A DNA stretch of 64,000 nucleotides from Macrostomum lignano (Eukaryota): positions 62,001 to 126,000 of the forward strand of contig NIVC01000901.1 in assembly GCA_002269645.1 (NCBI GenBank). Reading direction: 5' to 3'. The position numbers and the translations under genes are program-made. Positions 1-17,064 of this stretch are shown one piece after another (the stretch's first letter is position 1; the number at the start of each line of letters is the position of its first letter). The notes beneath the pieces were generated by a model, which searched no databases, had not been told where the DNA came from, and was given only the letters and a program-made list of their open reading frames with translations.

Positions 1-589
<589 letters not shown>

Positions 590-840
590 TCACTAATGAC
601 CTGGCTCACCTCTGAGCATCTATAAAACTCTCCAACTCAGAAACTGGCCGCTCAAAGTGCTCTCAAGCCTCTTGCCAACAGAAACGTGCTCAACTATCAG
701 TTGTTTTTCAAAATCGTCATTACTGCTTAACTGTAATCGTCCGGTAGCTCAAAGTACATATCGCACTAAGAATAAGCAAAAGTTCGTTGAGAGTCTAGAC
801 ACAGGTGAGCAAGCAGATTGGGGAAGCTGGAATGCCTCAC

Positions 841-935
841 CTGAAACATGACGATGCACAGTGGGATGCCAATCAGCGAGTAGAGCATGCAGGCCAGCTT
901 GCCCGTCAGCGTTTTCGGAGTTGAATGCCCGTAGC
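841..935 (-). CDS. KCNK3/KCNK9-like: TASK-type K2P channel, exon 3 (GYG filter and M2); gene continues beyond the left end of the window
   Basis: tttcag|GC acceptor; encodes GYGHSTPKTLTGKLACMLYSLIGIPLCIVMFQ; cag|gtgagg donor. The M3-P2-M4 exons were not found inside the window. Confidence 0.93.
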
Positions 936-949
936 CTGAAATGCGTCAG

Positions 950-1520
950 GTGTAGATTAGATTGGATAAAATAAGATTAGATTAGACTAGACTAGAGTAG
1001 ATTGGATTGGATTAGATTCGATTAGAATATATTATTTTAGATGAGAATAGAATTTGTCAGATTATCAGACAAGAGCAGACTCTAATACATGTAGATTTGA
1101 TTAGATTAGATTAGATTGGAATCGATTAGATTAGATAAGAATATATTTGATTAGAATATATTAGACTAGATCAGTTTAGATTAGATTAGATTTGATTAGA
1201 TTACGAGCGTAGATTAGATTAAATTAGATTAGATTAGATTTGATTAGATTACGAGCGTAGATTAGATTAAATTAGATTAGATTAGATTGGATTATACTAT
1301 ATTATATTATATTATATTATATTAAATTAGTCTAGATTAGATTAGATTAGACTAGATTAGATTAGACTAGATTAGACTAGATTAGATTAGATTAAATTTA
1401 ATTAGATCAGATAAGATTGGATAAGATTATTGTAGGTTAGATTAAACTAGATTAGATTAGATTAGACTAGATTAGACTAGACTAGACTAGATTAGATTAG
1501 ATTAGATTAGATTAGATTAG
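950..1520 (+). repeat. Degenerate (TTAGA)n pentamer repeat
   Basis: Direct reading. Confidence 0.9.
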
Positions 1521-2039
1521 ACATCAACATATTGGTACTTTACAAAGCTTAGAGAAAAATACTGTAAAAACAGCCTGGATTCACAGGGAAGGACACGAGC
1601 CCCCCGTCTCAGAGATAAATGGGGATGAAATGTTTGCCTTTTAGTCATCTCCCAAGCTGAGAACCCTAAGATAATAATATTGTAACACTTCTTTTCCAAG
1701 CTTTTCTGGGGAGAGCCGATGGCTAGCTCTGGGAGTTGGGCTGCGCACTCCGCATTCCCAGTGTCAGATTTCTCTCATCTGTTCCCATTTTCTGTCTCAG
1801 CTAGCTCATTTTCCCTCTAGTAGAATAATTTTCTCGGGTGCTAATTTCTTTATCCAGCGGGGGGGGGGTTGTCGGCGGCAGCCTTCATGTCCGTATCAAC
1901 AGCTGTCTCTCGATGCTTCTGGGCTTTGACTGTTTTTATCTCTTGAATTGCTACTCGTATTTGCTTGGACAGGATCGGGAATAGCGGCTTTCTACTGCCA
2001 AATTTTTGCCCAGATATCTGTAGGAGTGGGAAAGGGGGT

Positions 2040-2565
2040 GTGAAAAGGAGAGGGAGAAGGAGAAGGGGGAGAGGGAGAGGGAGAGGGAGATCAGGGAGAG
2101 GGAGAGAGAAGAGGTAGAGGAGAGTGGAGAGGGACAGAGAGAAGGAAAGGGAGGGGAGAAGGAGAGAGAGAACGAGAGAGAAGAGGGAGAGGGAGAGGGA
2201 GAGGGAGAAGGGGAAGAGGGAGAAGGAGAGGGAGGGGAGAAGGAGAGGGAGAAGGAGAGGGAGAAGGAGAGGGAGGGGAGAAGGAGAGGGAGAAGGAGAC
2301 GGGGGAGGGAGAGGGAGAAGGAGATGGAGAAGGAGACGGGGGAGGGAGAGGGAGACGGGGGAGGGAGAAGGAGACGGGGGAGGGAGAGGGAGACGGGGGA
2401 GGGAGAAGGAGACGGGGGAGGGAGAGGGAGACGGGGGAGGGAGAAGGAGACGGGGAGGGAGAGGGAGACGGGGGAGGGAGAAGGAGACGGGGGAGGGAGA
2501 GGGAAACGGGGAGGGAGAAGGAGACGGGGGAGGGAGAGGGAGACGGGGGAGGGAGAGGGAGTGGG
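2040..2565 (+). repeat. GA-rich purine tract and minisatellite
   Basis: GGGAGAAGGAGA and GGAGACGGGGGAGGGAGA units. Confidence 0.9.
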
Positions 2566-3254
2566 TAACTAGGAACTATTTAAACTGAGAAACCAATTGC
2601 AGTCATGCTTGTAAAGTGTCTAGCTATAGGGATCAGAAGATCTCTACCCTACCGACGTGTTGAGTAATTGAGATAAAAGGAAGACAAGAAGAGATATAGA
2701 GGACACACAAAAGGTGCAGGAAAACTTTGATTTCAGATAAATATATCTGAAAAAACGAGTCTTATTCAACGGGTGCCTTGTCCCATGTGGCAATTTCCTG
2801 ATTTTTAAAGGACATTCGGACACCTGCGCAACTTCAATTTGATGATTAAAAAAATCGGAAAATTTTTTTTTGTTTTTCTCCTCTAAAAGCAGAAACAATC
2901 GCGCAGTTTTGAATCCCCAGAGCGGATCTGTCGAATTAAAAAATAAACCGACAAGACAGTTCGGAGAGCCCTGGCCCCAAGGCTCCAAGCATGACTGCTG
3001 GTCAGTTAATATGCAAATTAGATTTCAGGCAACATTAATCAGGCCGAGCCTCCCCACCCCGATGGCTCCAGCTTTGAGATTGGAGGCGCTAAAAATTGCT
3101 TTTATCCCCAATCGAGGAATCGAAATTGACTAGGGGAATATAATCTCGGGATAAATTATGGATGGTGAAGGGCATGTAAAAAGTCAATATACACGTTGTC
3201 ATGTGTTAAATGTACAAAAATTAGATTTCAGAATTCTTGAATGAGTGAATGAAG

Positions 3255-3612
3255 TTACTGACAGAGTGACTGGATGAGAGACAGAGTGACCAAATGAGTG
3301 ACAGAGTGACCAGATGAGTAAAAGAGTGACCAGATGAGTTACAGAGTGACCAGATGACAGACAGAGTGACCAGATGAGTGACAGAGTGACCAGATGACAG
3401 ACAGAGTGACCAGATGAGTGACAGAGTGACCAGATGACAGACAGAGTGACCAGATGAGTGACAGAGTGACCAGATGAGTGACAGAGTGACCAGATGACAG
3501 ACAGAGTGACCAGATGAGTGACAGAGTGACCAGATGAGATACAGAGTGACCAGATGAGAGATAGAGTGACCAGATGAGAGACAGAGTGACCAGATGAGAG
3601 ACAGAGTGACTC
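3255..3612 (+). repeat. 20-bp minisatellite ACAGAGTGACCAGATGAGTG
   Basis: Direct reading. Confidence 0.93.
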
Positions 3613-4023
3613 AAATAGTGATAGTGATTGAAGGAGCAGAAAATGAGGCCCTCGCATGCACTTTTGATATCAAACCGGCTCTTCAGGAAAAAATATTTAC
3701 ATACGCAAGCCGTCACAACACCGGAGAAAAAGTGTCACCCTGGTGCGGCAGCTGTCAATATTGTGTGCAGATAATTTGACAGAACCTGCGACTCCAGTTT
3801 TATTATATTCTGTTGCGAGGTTCGGAAAAAAAGACGAAAAAGCGATACGTCTGATCCCGGATAACAGACTCCAGACAGATACTACAGAGCTGTTCTGATG
3901 AAGGAGATAAAGGAAGATGTGAGCTCAGCCAACATTGCAAACCATGGCAGACATGCAGTCAAGATTTCACTTCGAAGTCTTGAACGGCTTTTGTTTTTTG
4001 GCACAGAATCTGTGCCCTCGTGT

Positions 4024-4460
<437 letters not shown>

Positions 4461-4789
4461 TGCTGCCAGCCTGTGCGAAGGTTGCCAAGCAAGGGTTGGG
4501 AATTGAATTAAGCCAATGCCATGCATCTGCAGTTGGCTTTTTCTCCACACCGAACAGCTCTGAGGGGTGGCAGGCTGCTTCTGAGCCAGAAAATGAATAA
4601 TGTGCGCCTGTTTTTTCTGGCTTTTCTCCGGAGTTTTTATACGAATGAAATAAGGCTTTGTACGATTGAATATTTTTATTATGCGGTTAAAAATGATATC
4701 CTCCTGCAAGCCGTGGAGAAAGAGAAATATTTTGAGTTCAAATATAATTTTGGATATAAAAGTGCTTGACGTACTTGAAAGTTAGATTA

Positions 4790-5740
4790 GAGTAACTGGA
4801 GAGTTAGATTAGATCAATTTGTAAGATCAGATTAGATCAATTTGAGAGTTAGATTAGATCAATTTGAGAATGAGATTAGATCAATTTGAGAATGAGATTA
4901 GATCAATTTGAGAATGAGATTAGATCAATTGAGAATGAGATTAGATCAATTTGAGAATGAGATTAGATCAATTTTAGAATGAGATTAGATCAATTTGAGA
5001 ATGAGATTAGATCAATTTGAGAATGAGATTCGATCAATTTGAGAATTATATTAGATCAATTTGAGAATGAGATTAGATCAATTTGAGAATGAGATTATAT
5101 CAATTTGAGAATGAGATTATATCAATTTGAGAATTAGATTAGATCAATTTGAGAATGAGATTAGATCAATTTGAGAATTAGATTAGATCAATTTGAGAAT
5201 GAGATTAGATCAATTTAAGAATGAGATTAGATCAATTTGAGAATGAGATTAGATCAATTTGAGAGTTAGATTAGATCAATTTGTAAGATCAGATTAGATC
5301 AATTTGAGAGTGAGATTAGATAAATTTTTGAATGAGATTAGATCAATTCGAGAATGAGATTAGATCAATTTGAGAATGAGATTAGATCAATTTGAGAATG
5401 AGATTAGATCAATTTGAGAATGAGATTATATCAATTTGAGAATTAGATTAGATCAATTTGAGAATGAGATTAGATCAATTTGAGAATTAGATTAGATCAA
5501 TTTGAGAATGAGATTAGATCAATTTGAGAATTAGATTAGATCAATTTGAGAATGAGATTAGATCAATTTGAGAATTAGATTAGATCTATTGATATTTGAG
5601 AATGCTGTTCGATCAGTTTGAAAATGAGATTAGAACACCTGGAGAGTGAGGATAAAGAAGATTAGACCAAATGGAGAATAAGATTAGATCAATGAAGATA
5701 ATAGAGATTAGAGCACCTGGAGGGTGAGATTAGATCAACT
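4790..5740 (+). repeat. 22-bp minisatellite GAGATTAGATCAATTTGAGAAT
   Basis: Direct reading; degenerates after about 5600. Confidence 0.93.
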
Positions 5741-6164
5741 AAAAAAACATTTCTGCGATCGACTCAAACTGGGTCTCACTCTATCTGTCGTCCCCCTGAC
5801 CAGCAGATCCCGCTCCCCTCAGCATCTGAGAAGCTCCATCTCCCATTCAAAGAGGAAATGCCTTCGGACAGAAACAGACAGGCTAAGGCAACGGCAGTCT
5901 CTTGCTCTTGTCTTGCTCTTTCACCCTCTGATTCGGCCACTTGAATGATTTATGACCTGTCGAACACCCTTAGCTGTTTCTTACACTGCCTCTCGTCCAC
6001 AGCAACTCTGACGGAGAGAAATACTAAAATTTATTTTATCAGCATGGGCCAAGATGGCTTTCCCTCAACAATCAGGATGGTTCCTCTTTGAGCGGCCCTT
6101 AAACTCTGGTGAAGGTGACAATATACGATTGGCTTGATGATCCTAACTTTCTAATTTCCACATG

Positions 6165-6950
6165 ACCGTGTTTAATTCCCCGTGGATAATTCCCCTATCT
6201 TCATTCCCCTGTATTCATTCCCCTGTCATCATTCCCCTGTCTCATTCCCCTGCTTCACACCCCTGTCTTAATTCCCCTCTCTCATTCCCCTGTCTCATTC
6301 CTCTGTCTAATTCCCCTGCTTCACATTCCTGTCTTAATTCCCCTATCTTCATTCCCCTGTATTCATTCCCCTGTCATCATTCCTCTGTTTCATTCCCCTG
6401 TCTCACTCCCTGTCTGTCTTCATTCCCTGTCTCATTCCCCTGTCTCATTCCCCTGTCTCATTCCCCTGTCTCATTCCCCTGTCTCATTCCCCTGTCTCAT
6501 TCCCCTGTCTCATTCCCCTGTCTCATTCCCCTGTCTCATTCCCCTGTCTCATTCCCCTGTCTCATTCCCCTGTCTCATTCCCCTGTCTCATTACCCTGTC
6601 TCATTCCCCTGTCTCATTCCCCTGTCTCATTCCCCTGTCTCATTCCCCTGTCTCATTCCCCTGTCTCATTCCCCTGTCTCATTACCCTGTCTCATTCCCC
6701 TGTCTCAGTCCCTGTCTGTCTTCATTCCCCTGTCTCATTCCCCTGTCTCATTCCCCTGTCTCATTACCCTGTCTCATTCCCCTGTCTCAGTCCCTGTCTG
6801 TCTTCATTCCCCTGTCTCATTCCCCTGTCTCATTACCCTGTCTCATTCCCCTGTCTCAGTCCCTGTCTGTCTTCATTCCCCTGTCTCATTCCCCTGTCTC
6901 ATTCCCCTGTCTCATTCCCCTGTCTCATTCCCCTGTCTCATTCCCCACTC
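6165..6950 (+). repeat. 13-bp minisatellite TCATTCCCCTGTC
   Basis: Direct reading. Confidence 0.93.
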
Positions 6951-7215
6951 TAATTCCCACAGCCCGCTGCCTTACAATCTCAATCCTGATCGATTATTCT
7001 TCAATCGCATTTCCTGCAAAGCTTGCCAGCCAACATCCTTGTTATTAATGTCAGCATGCATCTGTTATCAATACCATCAGGCCCAATCTGAACGAACTTA
7101 TACAGTGCCTCAGAGTCTCTGCTCAGATGTGTTTTTGACGATGAAGTTTTTTTGTGTTGACTTTGCTGCTATCTCGAGGAGCGAATCTGCTGCAAGCCCC
7201 CTCTCTCTCTCTCTC

Positions 7216-7249
<34 letters not shown>

Positions 7250-7275
7250 CCTCTCTCTCTCGTTCAGAGCCTCAC

Positions 7276-7442
7276 CAATTGTTGTTATCAGAGTCGTGGA
7301 GAAATAGAAGGCATTGACGAAACTCCATTGATTTCCGCCAGCTTTGTAAGGCTTCGTCTGGAGTATGAGCTCGGTGATGTTCTCGTAGTCAGCTTCCGTG
7401 ATGTTGTACAAAACCTTCCAAGCTCTCTCTTTGTATTCGAGT
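7276..7442 (-). CDS. KCNK3/KCNK9-like: TASK-type K2P channel, exon 2 (cap helices and pore helix 1)
   Basis: ccag|A acceptor completes the phase-2 codon; encodes LEYKERAWKVLYNITEADYENITELILQTKPYKAGGNQWSFVNAFYFSTTLITTI; G|gtgagg donor. 167 nt, frame-consistent with both neighbours. Confidence 0.93.
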
Positions 7443-7504
7443 CTGGAAGGTGGTCGAGCGGTTGGCTAAAGTTTTGGATTAAGGATTCTTAATTCCTTAA
7501 AAAT

Positions 7505-7770
7505 TGAGAGAGAGAAAGACGAGGGTGAGAGGGGAGGGGAGAGGGAGGGTGAGAGGGGAGGGTGAGAGGGAGGGTGAGAGGGGAGGGTGAGAGGGAGGGT
7601 GAGAGGGGAGGGTGAGAGGGGAGGGGGAGAGGGGAGGGTGAGAGAAGAGGGGTAGAGGAGGTGGAGAAAGAGGGGTAGAGGAGGTGGAGAAAGAGGGGTA
7701 GAGGAGGTGGAGAAAGAGGGGGAGAGGAGGGGAGGGGAGAGAAGGGAGTGAGAAGAGAGGAAGGAGGGAG
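7505..7770 (+). repeat. GA-rich degenerate repeat in K2P intron 1
   Basis: GAGGGTGAGAGGG and GAGGAGGTGGAGAAAGAGGGGTA units. Confidence 0.85.
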
Positions 7771-8748
7771 ATATGCGGGAATGCAGAATACTGTTAATTT
7801 CTGACACTCAGCGCCTGGAAAACAATCGTCTGTTCAGAAAAAAACACGCATTGTACTCGTAAAACGTTGCACAATCGCAGGAACTCAACTTGAAGCAAAT
7901 AAATGCTCAAGAATCTCCAATCCCTTGATTACAATTTTTCCTCTTTCCCATTTCTTGATCTGCTCTCTCCGTTTTCGCCTAGAACAAGAAGAAGACGTTT
8001 GGGAAGACTTAAAAAGCAGCACTGATCCCCGCGCGGCGGCCTACGGCAAATATTCCGGCAAGTCGCTCGCTTGAGGTCAGACAGCTCCAGGGACGCGAGC
8101 TGGGAAAGGGGGGGGGGCTGTTTTGGGGAGAAGCCGACTCTGAGCACGAACGGTGCGAGACGAGCTCCGCATTTATTGATTTTTACAGCGCAACGGGAGG
8201 GGTAGGGGATCGGGTCCTCATTCCTTTTTTAATTTTTATAGCTTGTTGGTTGCTGTAAAACTGAGGGTGGTGTGGGGTGAGGATTGGAGCCCGCTTTCAC
8301 TGCGACTGACTGGGAATTTCAATGACTCCGTGTTTGACTTGTGCTCTCCTTGCTGTCTGCTGTCCTCTCTCGCTTCTTCTCTTTCTATTCGCTCTTGTCT
8401 CATATATGTCCTATCTAATCCCTAATCTGTAATCTCTTCTCTCTCTCTCCTCTCTAATCTCTTAGCACTAATCTCGAATCACTTCTCCTTTATCTTCAAT
8501 CTCTCTCTTTCCCTCTCTCATCTATTATGTCTCATCTCTCATCTCTAATAAATAATCTCTCGTCGCTCCTCTCTTTTGTCTAGTCGCTAATCTCTATAAT
8601 ATCTCTTATCTCTCATTTCTCATTTCAAATCCATAATATCTCACCGCTAGCTTCACTCTTTTCTCATCAATTTTCTATCTACTTTTTTTTCATTCCTTCT
8701 CCCTCCACCCTCACCTATCATATTTCACCGGTTTCATATCTCATATCT

Positions 8749-8784
<36 letters not shown>

Positions 8785-9159
8785 TCTTTCCTACTTTCCC
8801 CATAAAAATTATTATTTTAACCCATCCAGATCGTCGTCGAAGCACTTAATAAAATCGCTTTTTATAGAACAGCTACCGGGGGTGTCGCTGTAAAACAAAA
8901 AAGAAATAAATCGACATTAAAAATTCAAATATAGGGACAAATTAGATTTTTAAAAAAAATTTTTATATTTTTATGATCTCCCACTGTCTGCTTGATGATT
9001 TTTCATAGCGAAAAAAAGGTTTTAACGCGGAAAAATCTTTTATTTAAATCTGTAACGGTCGAACAGAACACAGAACAGAATTAACCGCTATAATGATATA
9101 CCAACTGGACGACAAAGACTTGAGACTATATGACCCAATAAAGTCTATGAGTATAAACC

Positions 9160-9492
9160 ACAAAGACTACACAAAATGACCAACAAAGACTACACAAAAT
9201 TACCAACAAAGACTACACAAAATGACCAACAAAGACTACACAAAATGACCAACAAAGACTACACAAAATGACCAACAAAGACTACACAAAATGACCAACA
9301 AAGACTACACAAAATGACCAACAAAGACTACACAAAATGACCAACAAGGACTACACAAAATGACCAACAAAGACTACACAAAATTACCAACAAAGACTAC
9401 ACAAGATGACCAACAAAGACTACACAAAATGACCAACAAAGACTACACAAAATGACCAACAAAGACTACACAAGATGACCAACAAAGACTAC
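9160..9492 (+). repeat. 23-bp minisatellite AAAGACTACACAAAATGACCAAC
   Basis: Direct reading; starts just downstream of the K2P exon 1 donor. Confidence 0.95.
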
Positions 9493-9520
9493 GAAACGAA
9501 CAACAATAAACAAAGACTCA

Positions 9521-9682
<162 letters not shown>

Positions 9683-10009
9683 TTAGAAATTAAAATTCGA
9701 CGATCATAACGTCAACCTGCAAAAAAGACAAAGGAAAAATTAATAAGAAATTTAAAAAAAATTAACATAAAGGCCGAGAAGATTTGGTTGCTATGGAAAC
9801 AGTGACGCCTTTCCAGGTGCAGCTTGGAACTCAAATCCAACAATGAAGGATTAGTTCCTCTTCCGTATAGGGAATATTTAAACAAAAAAACAAATAAGTA
9901 AAGAGATGAGACTGAGATGCCGACATGACAATGTATTTTGTAACAGAATTTGCAATAGAGAAATTTCATAAGTACCAACTTGTAAGTTGAGGCTTTCTTT
10001 TCGAAAAGA

Positions 10010-10885
10010 AGACAGGGAGGCAGACAGGGTGAGAGGGAGACAGACAGGGTGAGAGGAAGACAAAGAGAGTGAGAGGGAGACAGACAGTGTGAGAGGGAGA
10101 CATAAAGGGTGAGAAGGAGACATAAAGGGTGAGAGGGAGACATAAAGGGTGAGAGGGAGACATAAAGGGTGAGAGGGAGACATAAAGGGTGAGAGGGAGA
10201 CATAAAGGGTGAGAGGGAGACATAAAGGGTGAGAGGAAGACAGACAGGGTGAGAGGGAGATAGACAGGTTGAGAGGGAGACAGACAGGGTGAGAGGGAGA
10301 CAGACAGGGTGAGAGGAAGACAAAGAGAGTGAGAGGGAGACAGACAGTGTGAGAGGGAGACATAAAGGGTGAGAAGGAGACATAAAGGGTGAGAGGGAGA
10401 CATAAAGGGTGAGAGGGAGACATAAAGGGGGAGAGGGAGACATAAAGGGTGAGAGGGAGACATAAAGGGTGAGAGGGAGACATAAAGGGTGAGAGGAAGA
10501 CAGACAGGGTGAAAGGGAGATAGACAGGTTGAGAGGGAGACAGACAGGGTGAGAGGGAGACAGACAGGGTGAGAGGGAGACAGACAGGGTGAGAGGGAGA
10601 TAGACAGGGTGAGAGGTAGATAGACAGGGTGAGAGGGAGACAGACAGGTTGAGAGGGAGATAGACAGGGTGAGAGGGAGACAGACAGGGTGAGAGGGAGA
10701 CAGACAGGGTGAGAGGGAGACAGACAGGGTGAGAGGGAGACAGACAGGGTGAGAGGGAGACAGACAGGGTGAGAGGTAGATAGACAGGGTGAGAGGGAGA
10801 CAGACAGGGTGAGAGGGAGACAGACAGGGTGAGAGGGAGACAGACAGGGTGAGAGGGAGACAGACAGGGTGAGAGGGAGACAGAG
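10010..10885 (+). repeat. 20-bp minisatellite GAGAGGGAGACAGACAGGGT
   Basis: Direct reading. Confidence 0.95.
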
Positions 10886-11464
10886 CACCGCATATCTCAC
10901 ATCCAGACACAATGAAACCATACACAGGCCAGCACAAGCTTAGCCCAGTAATTTCGCTTCATCACTAACACAGAATCCATATACAAGCGCAGTCTGTGAC
11001 CGATTTGCGCACTGGATTATCCCATTAAAGTACACGCGACCCTACCGTAGGATATAGGCGCGCATATGATTTCCCAGATTTTCTACGCTGCACTGACTGT
11101 GCGCGGAACCTCATCTATCCGGGGGGCAACATCCAACTCGTTCAAGGATTTCCCTCTTGGCCTCTGAATCATACCCAGGCCTGTCCTGCCTGTCCCGAAC
11201 TGAAAACTAAAAGGCGTTGAAAACTAAAAGTTACACAAAAGAAGCAACAGAGATTTTCTGTTGCAGAAATTGCTTCAGCAGAAATTGCTTACACTGGGGC
11301 TGGGGGGTTGGCCATGACACACCCTCCATCCCACTTGACCTTCCCTGTCATTCACTCTGCGCAGCCGGTCTGGGAATGAGGCGTTCTGATTTCAAACGCA
11401 ATTTCTACTTTTCCAGGCTGCTTCTCACGCTTCCATCTCCTTCTAGAAGCTCCCCTCACACGGT

Positions 11465-12030
11465 CCATCTCCCTCTCACCCTCCATTGCCCTCTTTTCCT
11501 CTCTGTCTCCCCCCATCCTCTCTGCCTTCCCCATCACCCTCTCTATCTCCCTCTCACCCTCTCCATCTCCCTCTCTTCCTCTCTGTCTCCCTCTCACCGT
11601 ATTTGTCTCCCTCTCACCCTCTCCATCTCCCTCTCTTCCTCTCTGCCTCCTTCTCACCTTTTTGTCTTTCTCTCACCCTCTCCATCTCCCTCCTTTCCTC
11701 TCTATCTCCCTCTCACCCTCTCCATCTCCCTCTCTTCCTCTCTGTCTCCCTCTCACCATATTTGTCTCCCTCTCACCCTCTCCATCTCCCTCTCTTCCTC
11801 TCTGTCTCCCTCTCACCATATTTGTCTCCCTCTCACCCTCTCCATCTCCCTCTCTTCCTCTCTGCCTCCTTCTCACCTTTTTGTCTTTCTCTCACCCTCT
11901 CCATCTCCCTCCTTTCCTCTCTATCTCCCTCTCACCCTCTCCATCTCCCTCTCTTCCTCTGTCTCCCTCTCACCCTCTGTATTTCCATCATCCAATCCTC
12001 TCTGTCTGCCTCTCACCCTTTCACTTCTTC
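11465..12030 (+). repeat. CT-rich minisatellite (CCCTCTCACCCTCTCCATCTCCCTCTCTTCCTCTCTGTCT-like)
   Basis: Direct reading. Confidence 0.9.
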
Positions 12031-12729
12031 CCCGGACAAAATATTTCACTAGCACACCTCAATCATAGTGTCTGAAACAAACAAAAGACTGAAGTGCGAG
12101 AAACATTTATCTTCGGTGTCCGCTGCAACTGCAGTGCGTCCTGCATCTCCATCTGCCCTGCCGCTTTCAAAGCGCGCGATTGTACACCGCGGCCTGAAGA
12201 GGGCGGGTAAGTCAGGCAGACAGACACTCGCTCTCTGAGGCCGGCCTTGGATTGCAGATTGCATCCGCTGCATGGGCAGCTTTATCCCAGCCTCTACCAG
12301 CGATTTCTGCCCCAGTTTCCCAGCCTCATCATATACATCCAGCTAAAGCTTTGAGGCGGGGGGGCTTGTGCTGGCTGACGCATCCAGCCTCCGTGTTGCT
12401 GGGAATTGAAAAGAAAGATTTTCTAGAATTCGGGAATCAGTTTTAATCGAATGTTTATTCTATCGATAGAGACTATTCAGATTAGAGGCGACAATTTCTC
12501 ATCAGGGGATTAATATTCGCTGATTTCATGAAATTTTCAAAGCCTGAATCTGATTTTAATAAAGGCTTTGCGAAATTCTGCTTGGGCAACAGACAATGCA
12601 ACTCGGTTTGATAGCCGCAAAATTTCAGACGATTATTTTTCTACAGTCCAAAAATTGTTTCATTTTTCACCTGCGTCAGTACAATTACCCGAAATTTCAG
12701 TCTGTGAGATTTCGGCCTGAAAATTGAGC

Positions 12730-14662
<1,933 letters not shown>

Positions 14663-15021
14663 AAATAAACACATACATACACAGAGCTATCCCAGCGAGC
14701 TAATCAGATTTGGTGGCCACTCGATCAGCCCCTCTCCCTTTTCCCTCACTCTCAAAGCCGCAGCAAGCCCGGAGCAGCTCCAGCCCCCAGCCCATACATC
14801 AAGCCCAGAGCATAATACTCAGGTTTGACGCACCGCAGTATGACTCACTTCGGCAGGCTGAGCTGCTTGGCAACACAGCCACTTCCTGGCGCAATTTATT
14901 TATTGTGCAAAGGGGGCTCTGGGGTAGCGGTATAGGTGAAGGAATGCGATCTGTGCCACCACTTCAAGCCCAACTTCACCCCGCACTTGTTGCAGCAATT
15001 TATAACTTGAGTGAGTAGCGA

Positions 15022-15225
15022 ATCTCACCCTTCCTCTCACAATCTCTCCTAGATCTCACCCTTCCTCTCACAATCTCTCCTAGATCTCACCCTTCCTCTC
15101 ACAATCTCTCCTAGATCTCACCCTTCCTCTCACAATCTCTCCTAGATCTCACCCTTCCTCTCACAATCTCTCCTAGATCTCACCCTTCCTCTCACAATCT
15201 CTCCTAGATCTCACCCTTCCTACCG
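15022..15225 (+). repeat. 31-bp minisatellite CTCACCCTTCCTCTCACAATCTCTCCTAGAT, about 6 copies
   Basis: Direct reading. Confidence 0.93.
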
Positions 15226-15436
15226 CAGTCTCTTGTAGATCGTAAATAAAGATTTTTTCTAGCAAATAATGTCCATATATAATCAAAGCAAAGTGCACAA
15301 TCTTACCGGTAATATTGTCTGTCCTTTGCGAGAAATTCGATATCTTTATCAACTATAGAAAATTACTTTCTTTCATAAATATATTGAACTGGAGTCCTCT
15401 TTGAAGTTGTTACACAGCATGTGTGTAACCCTTCCG

Positions 15437-15438
15437 GC

Positions 15439-15471
<33 letters not shown>

Positions 15472-15502
15472 TAGTGTCTGCCTATCTGTCTGTCTGTCTG
15501 AG

Positions 15503-15582
<80 letters not shown>

Positions 15583-15586
15583 AGAG

Positions 15587-15657
<71 letters not shown>
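15437..15657 (+). repeat. (CTGT)n microsatellite
   Basis: Direct reading. Confidence 0.96.
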
Positions 15658-15658
<1 letters not shown>

Positions 15659-16379
15659 AAGAGCTGTTCAAAGAGCTGCACAGAACTGCTTACTGGGCAC
15701 GTGAACTCTTTATCTATATATAGCGCGACTTGGGTCCACTTTTACGATCTGTTGGGTGCCGGGAGTGATTCGGTCGAGCGTTCAATGCGACTGACTTTCT
15801 GGGCGACTTTTAGACACCCCTGCCGCTAATCCTACGCGTGCGCCGCGCTAACTGGTTGGTTCGGTTTCAACCAATCAGAATTCAGCTGCCAGTCGTGCGA
15901 CTGGACTCAGCTTTAGTCCAGAAGCAGCGTGGGATTTTGCATATCTAGAAAGCGCACGACCCGCATGCGCTGCTACCCAGGGGCAGAAATTTCGGAGCAG
16001 TCGGAGACACGCAGTAGCTGAGTTGGGGGTTCGGGGAAGAGTGGCGAGCTTTGCTGAGATACAGGTGGGGGTGGGGGGAGGGGTCGAAAATAGATGAGTA
16101 AACAAATCGACAGGATTAAGAGCCGGGGGCAGCCCCCGGTAGGAAGATTATGGGCGCTCAAGAATTGTAGCGCCCACCCAGCCTACACCCGCATTAAGAA
16201 GATTGCTTGGAGGCGAAAAAGCGCGAGAGCAGCGGAGGTGGTAGAACCCGATGCTCTGTCAGATTCTTCTTCAACTTGCCCTGATCTACAGGTGAAAGAG
16301 AAAGCGTTACTCTTAACAATTACTGACAAATTGGGATGAATATCAGAGGAGCATAGCAATTGACTGCCAACTATTTTGA

Positions 16380-17061
16380 GTTGGGTTTAGGATTGGGTTT
16401 AGGATTGGGTTTAGGATTGGGTTTAGGATTGGGTTTAGGATTGGGTTTAGGATTGGGTTTAGGATTGGGTTTAGGATTGGGTTTAGGATTGGGTTTAGGA
16501 TTGGGTTTAGGATTGGGTTTAGGATTGGGTTTAGGATTGGGTTTAGGATTGGGTTTAGGATTGGGTTTAGGATTGGGTTTAGGATTGGGTTTAGGATTGG
16601 GTTTAAGATTGGGTTTAGGATATGGTTTAGGATTGGGTTTGGGATTGGGTTTAGGATTGGGTTTAGGATTGGGTTTAGGATTGGATTTAGGATTGGGTTT
16701 AGGATTGGGTTTAGGATTGGGTTTAGGATTGGGTTTAGGATTGGGTTTAGGATTGGTTTAGGATTGGGTTTGGGATTTGGTTTAGGATTGGGTTTAGGAT
16801 TTGGTTTAGGATTGGGTTTAGGATTGGGTTTAGGATTGGGTTTAGGATTGGGTTTAGGATTGGGTTTAGGATTGGGTTTAGGATTGGGTTTAAGATTGGG
16901 TTTAGGATATGGTTTAGGATTGGTTTGGGATTGGGTTTAGGATTGGGTTTAGGATTTGGTTTAGGATTGGGTTTAGGATTGGGTTTAGGAATGGGTTTAG
17001 GATTGGGTTTAGGATTGGGTTTAAGATTGGGTTTAGGAATGGGTTTAGGATTTGGTTTAGG
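16380..17061 (+). repeat. Telomere-like 12-bp satellite (TTTAGGATTGGG)n
   Basis: About 55 units made of alternating TTTAGG and ATTGGG hexamers. Confidence 0.95.
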
Positions 17062-17064
17062 AAG

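Noticed and set aside
16360-16761. (LG)n ORF of 133 aa
   Set aside because: Product of the 12-bp telomere-like array; no ATG or splice support.
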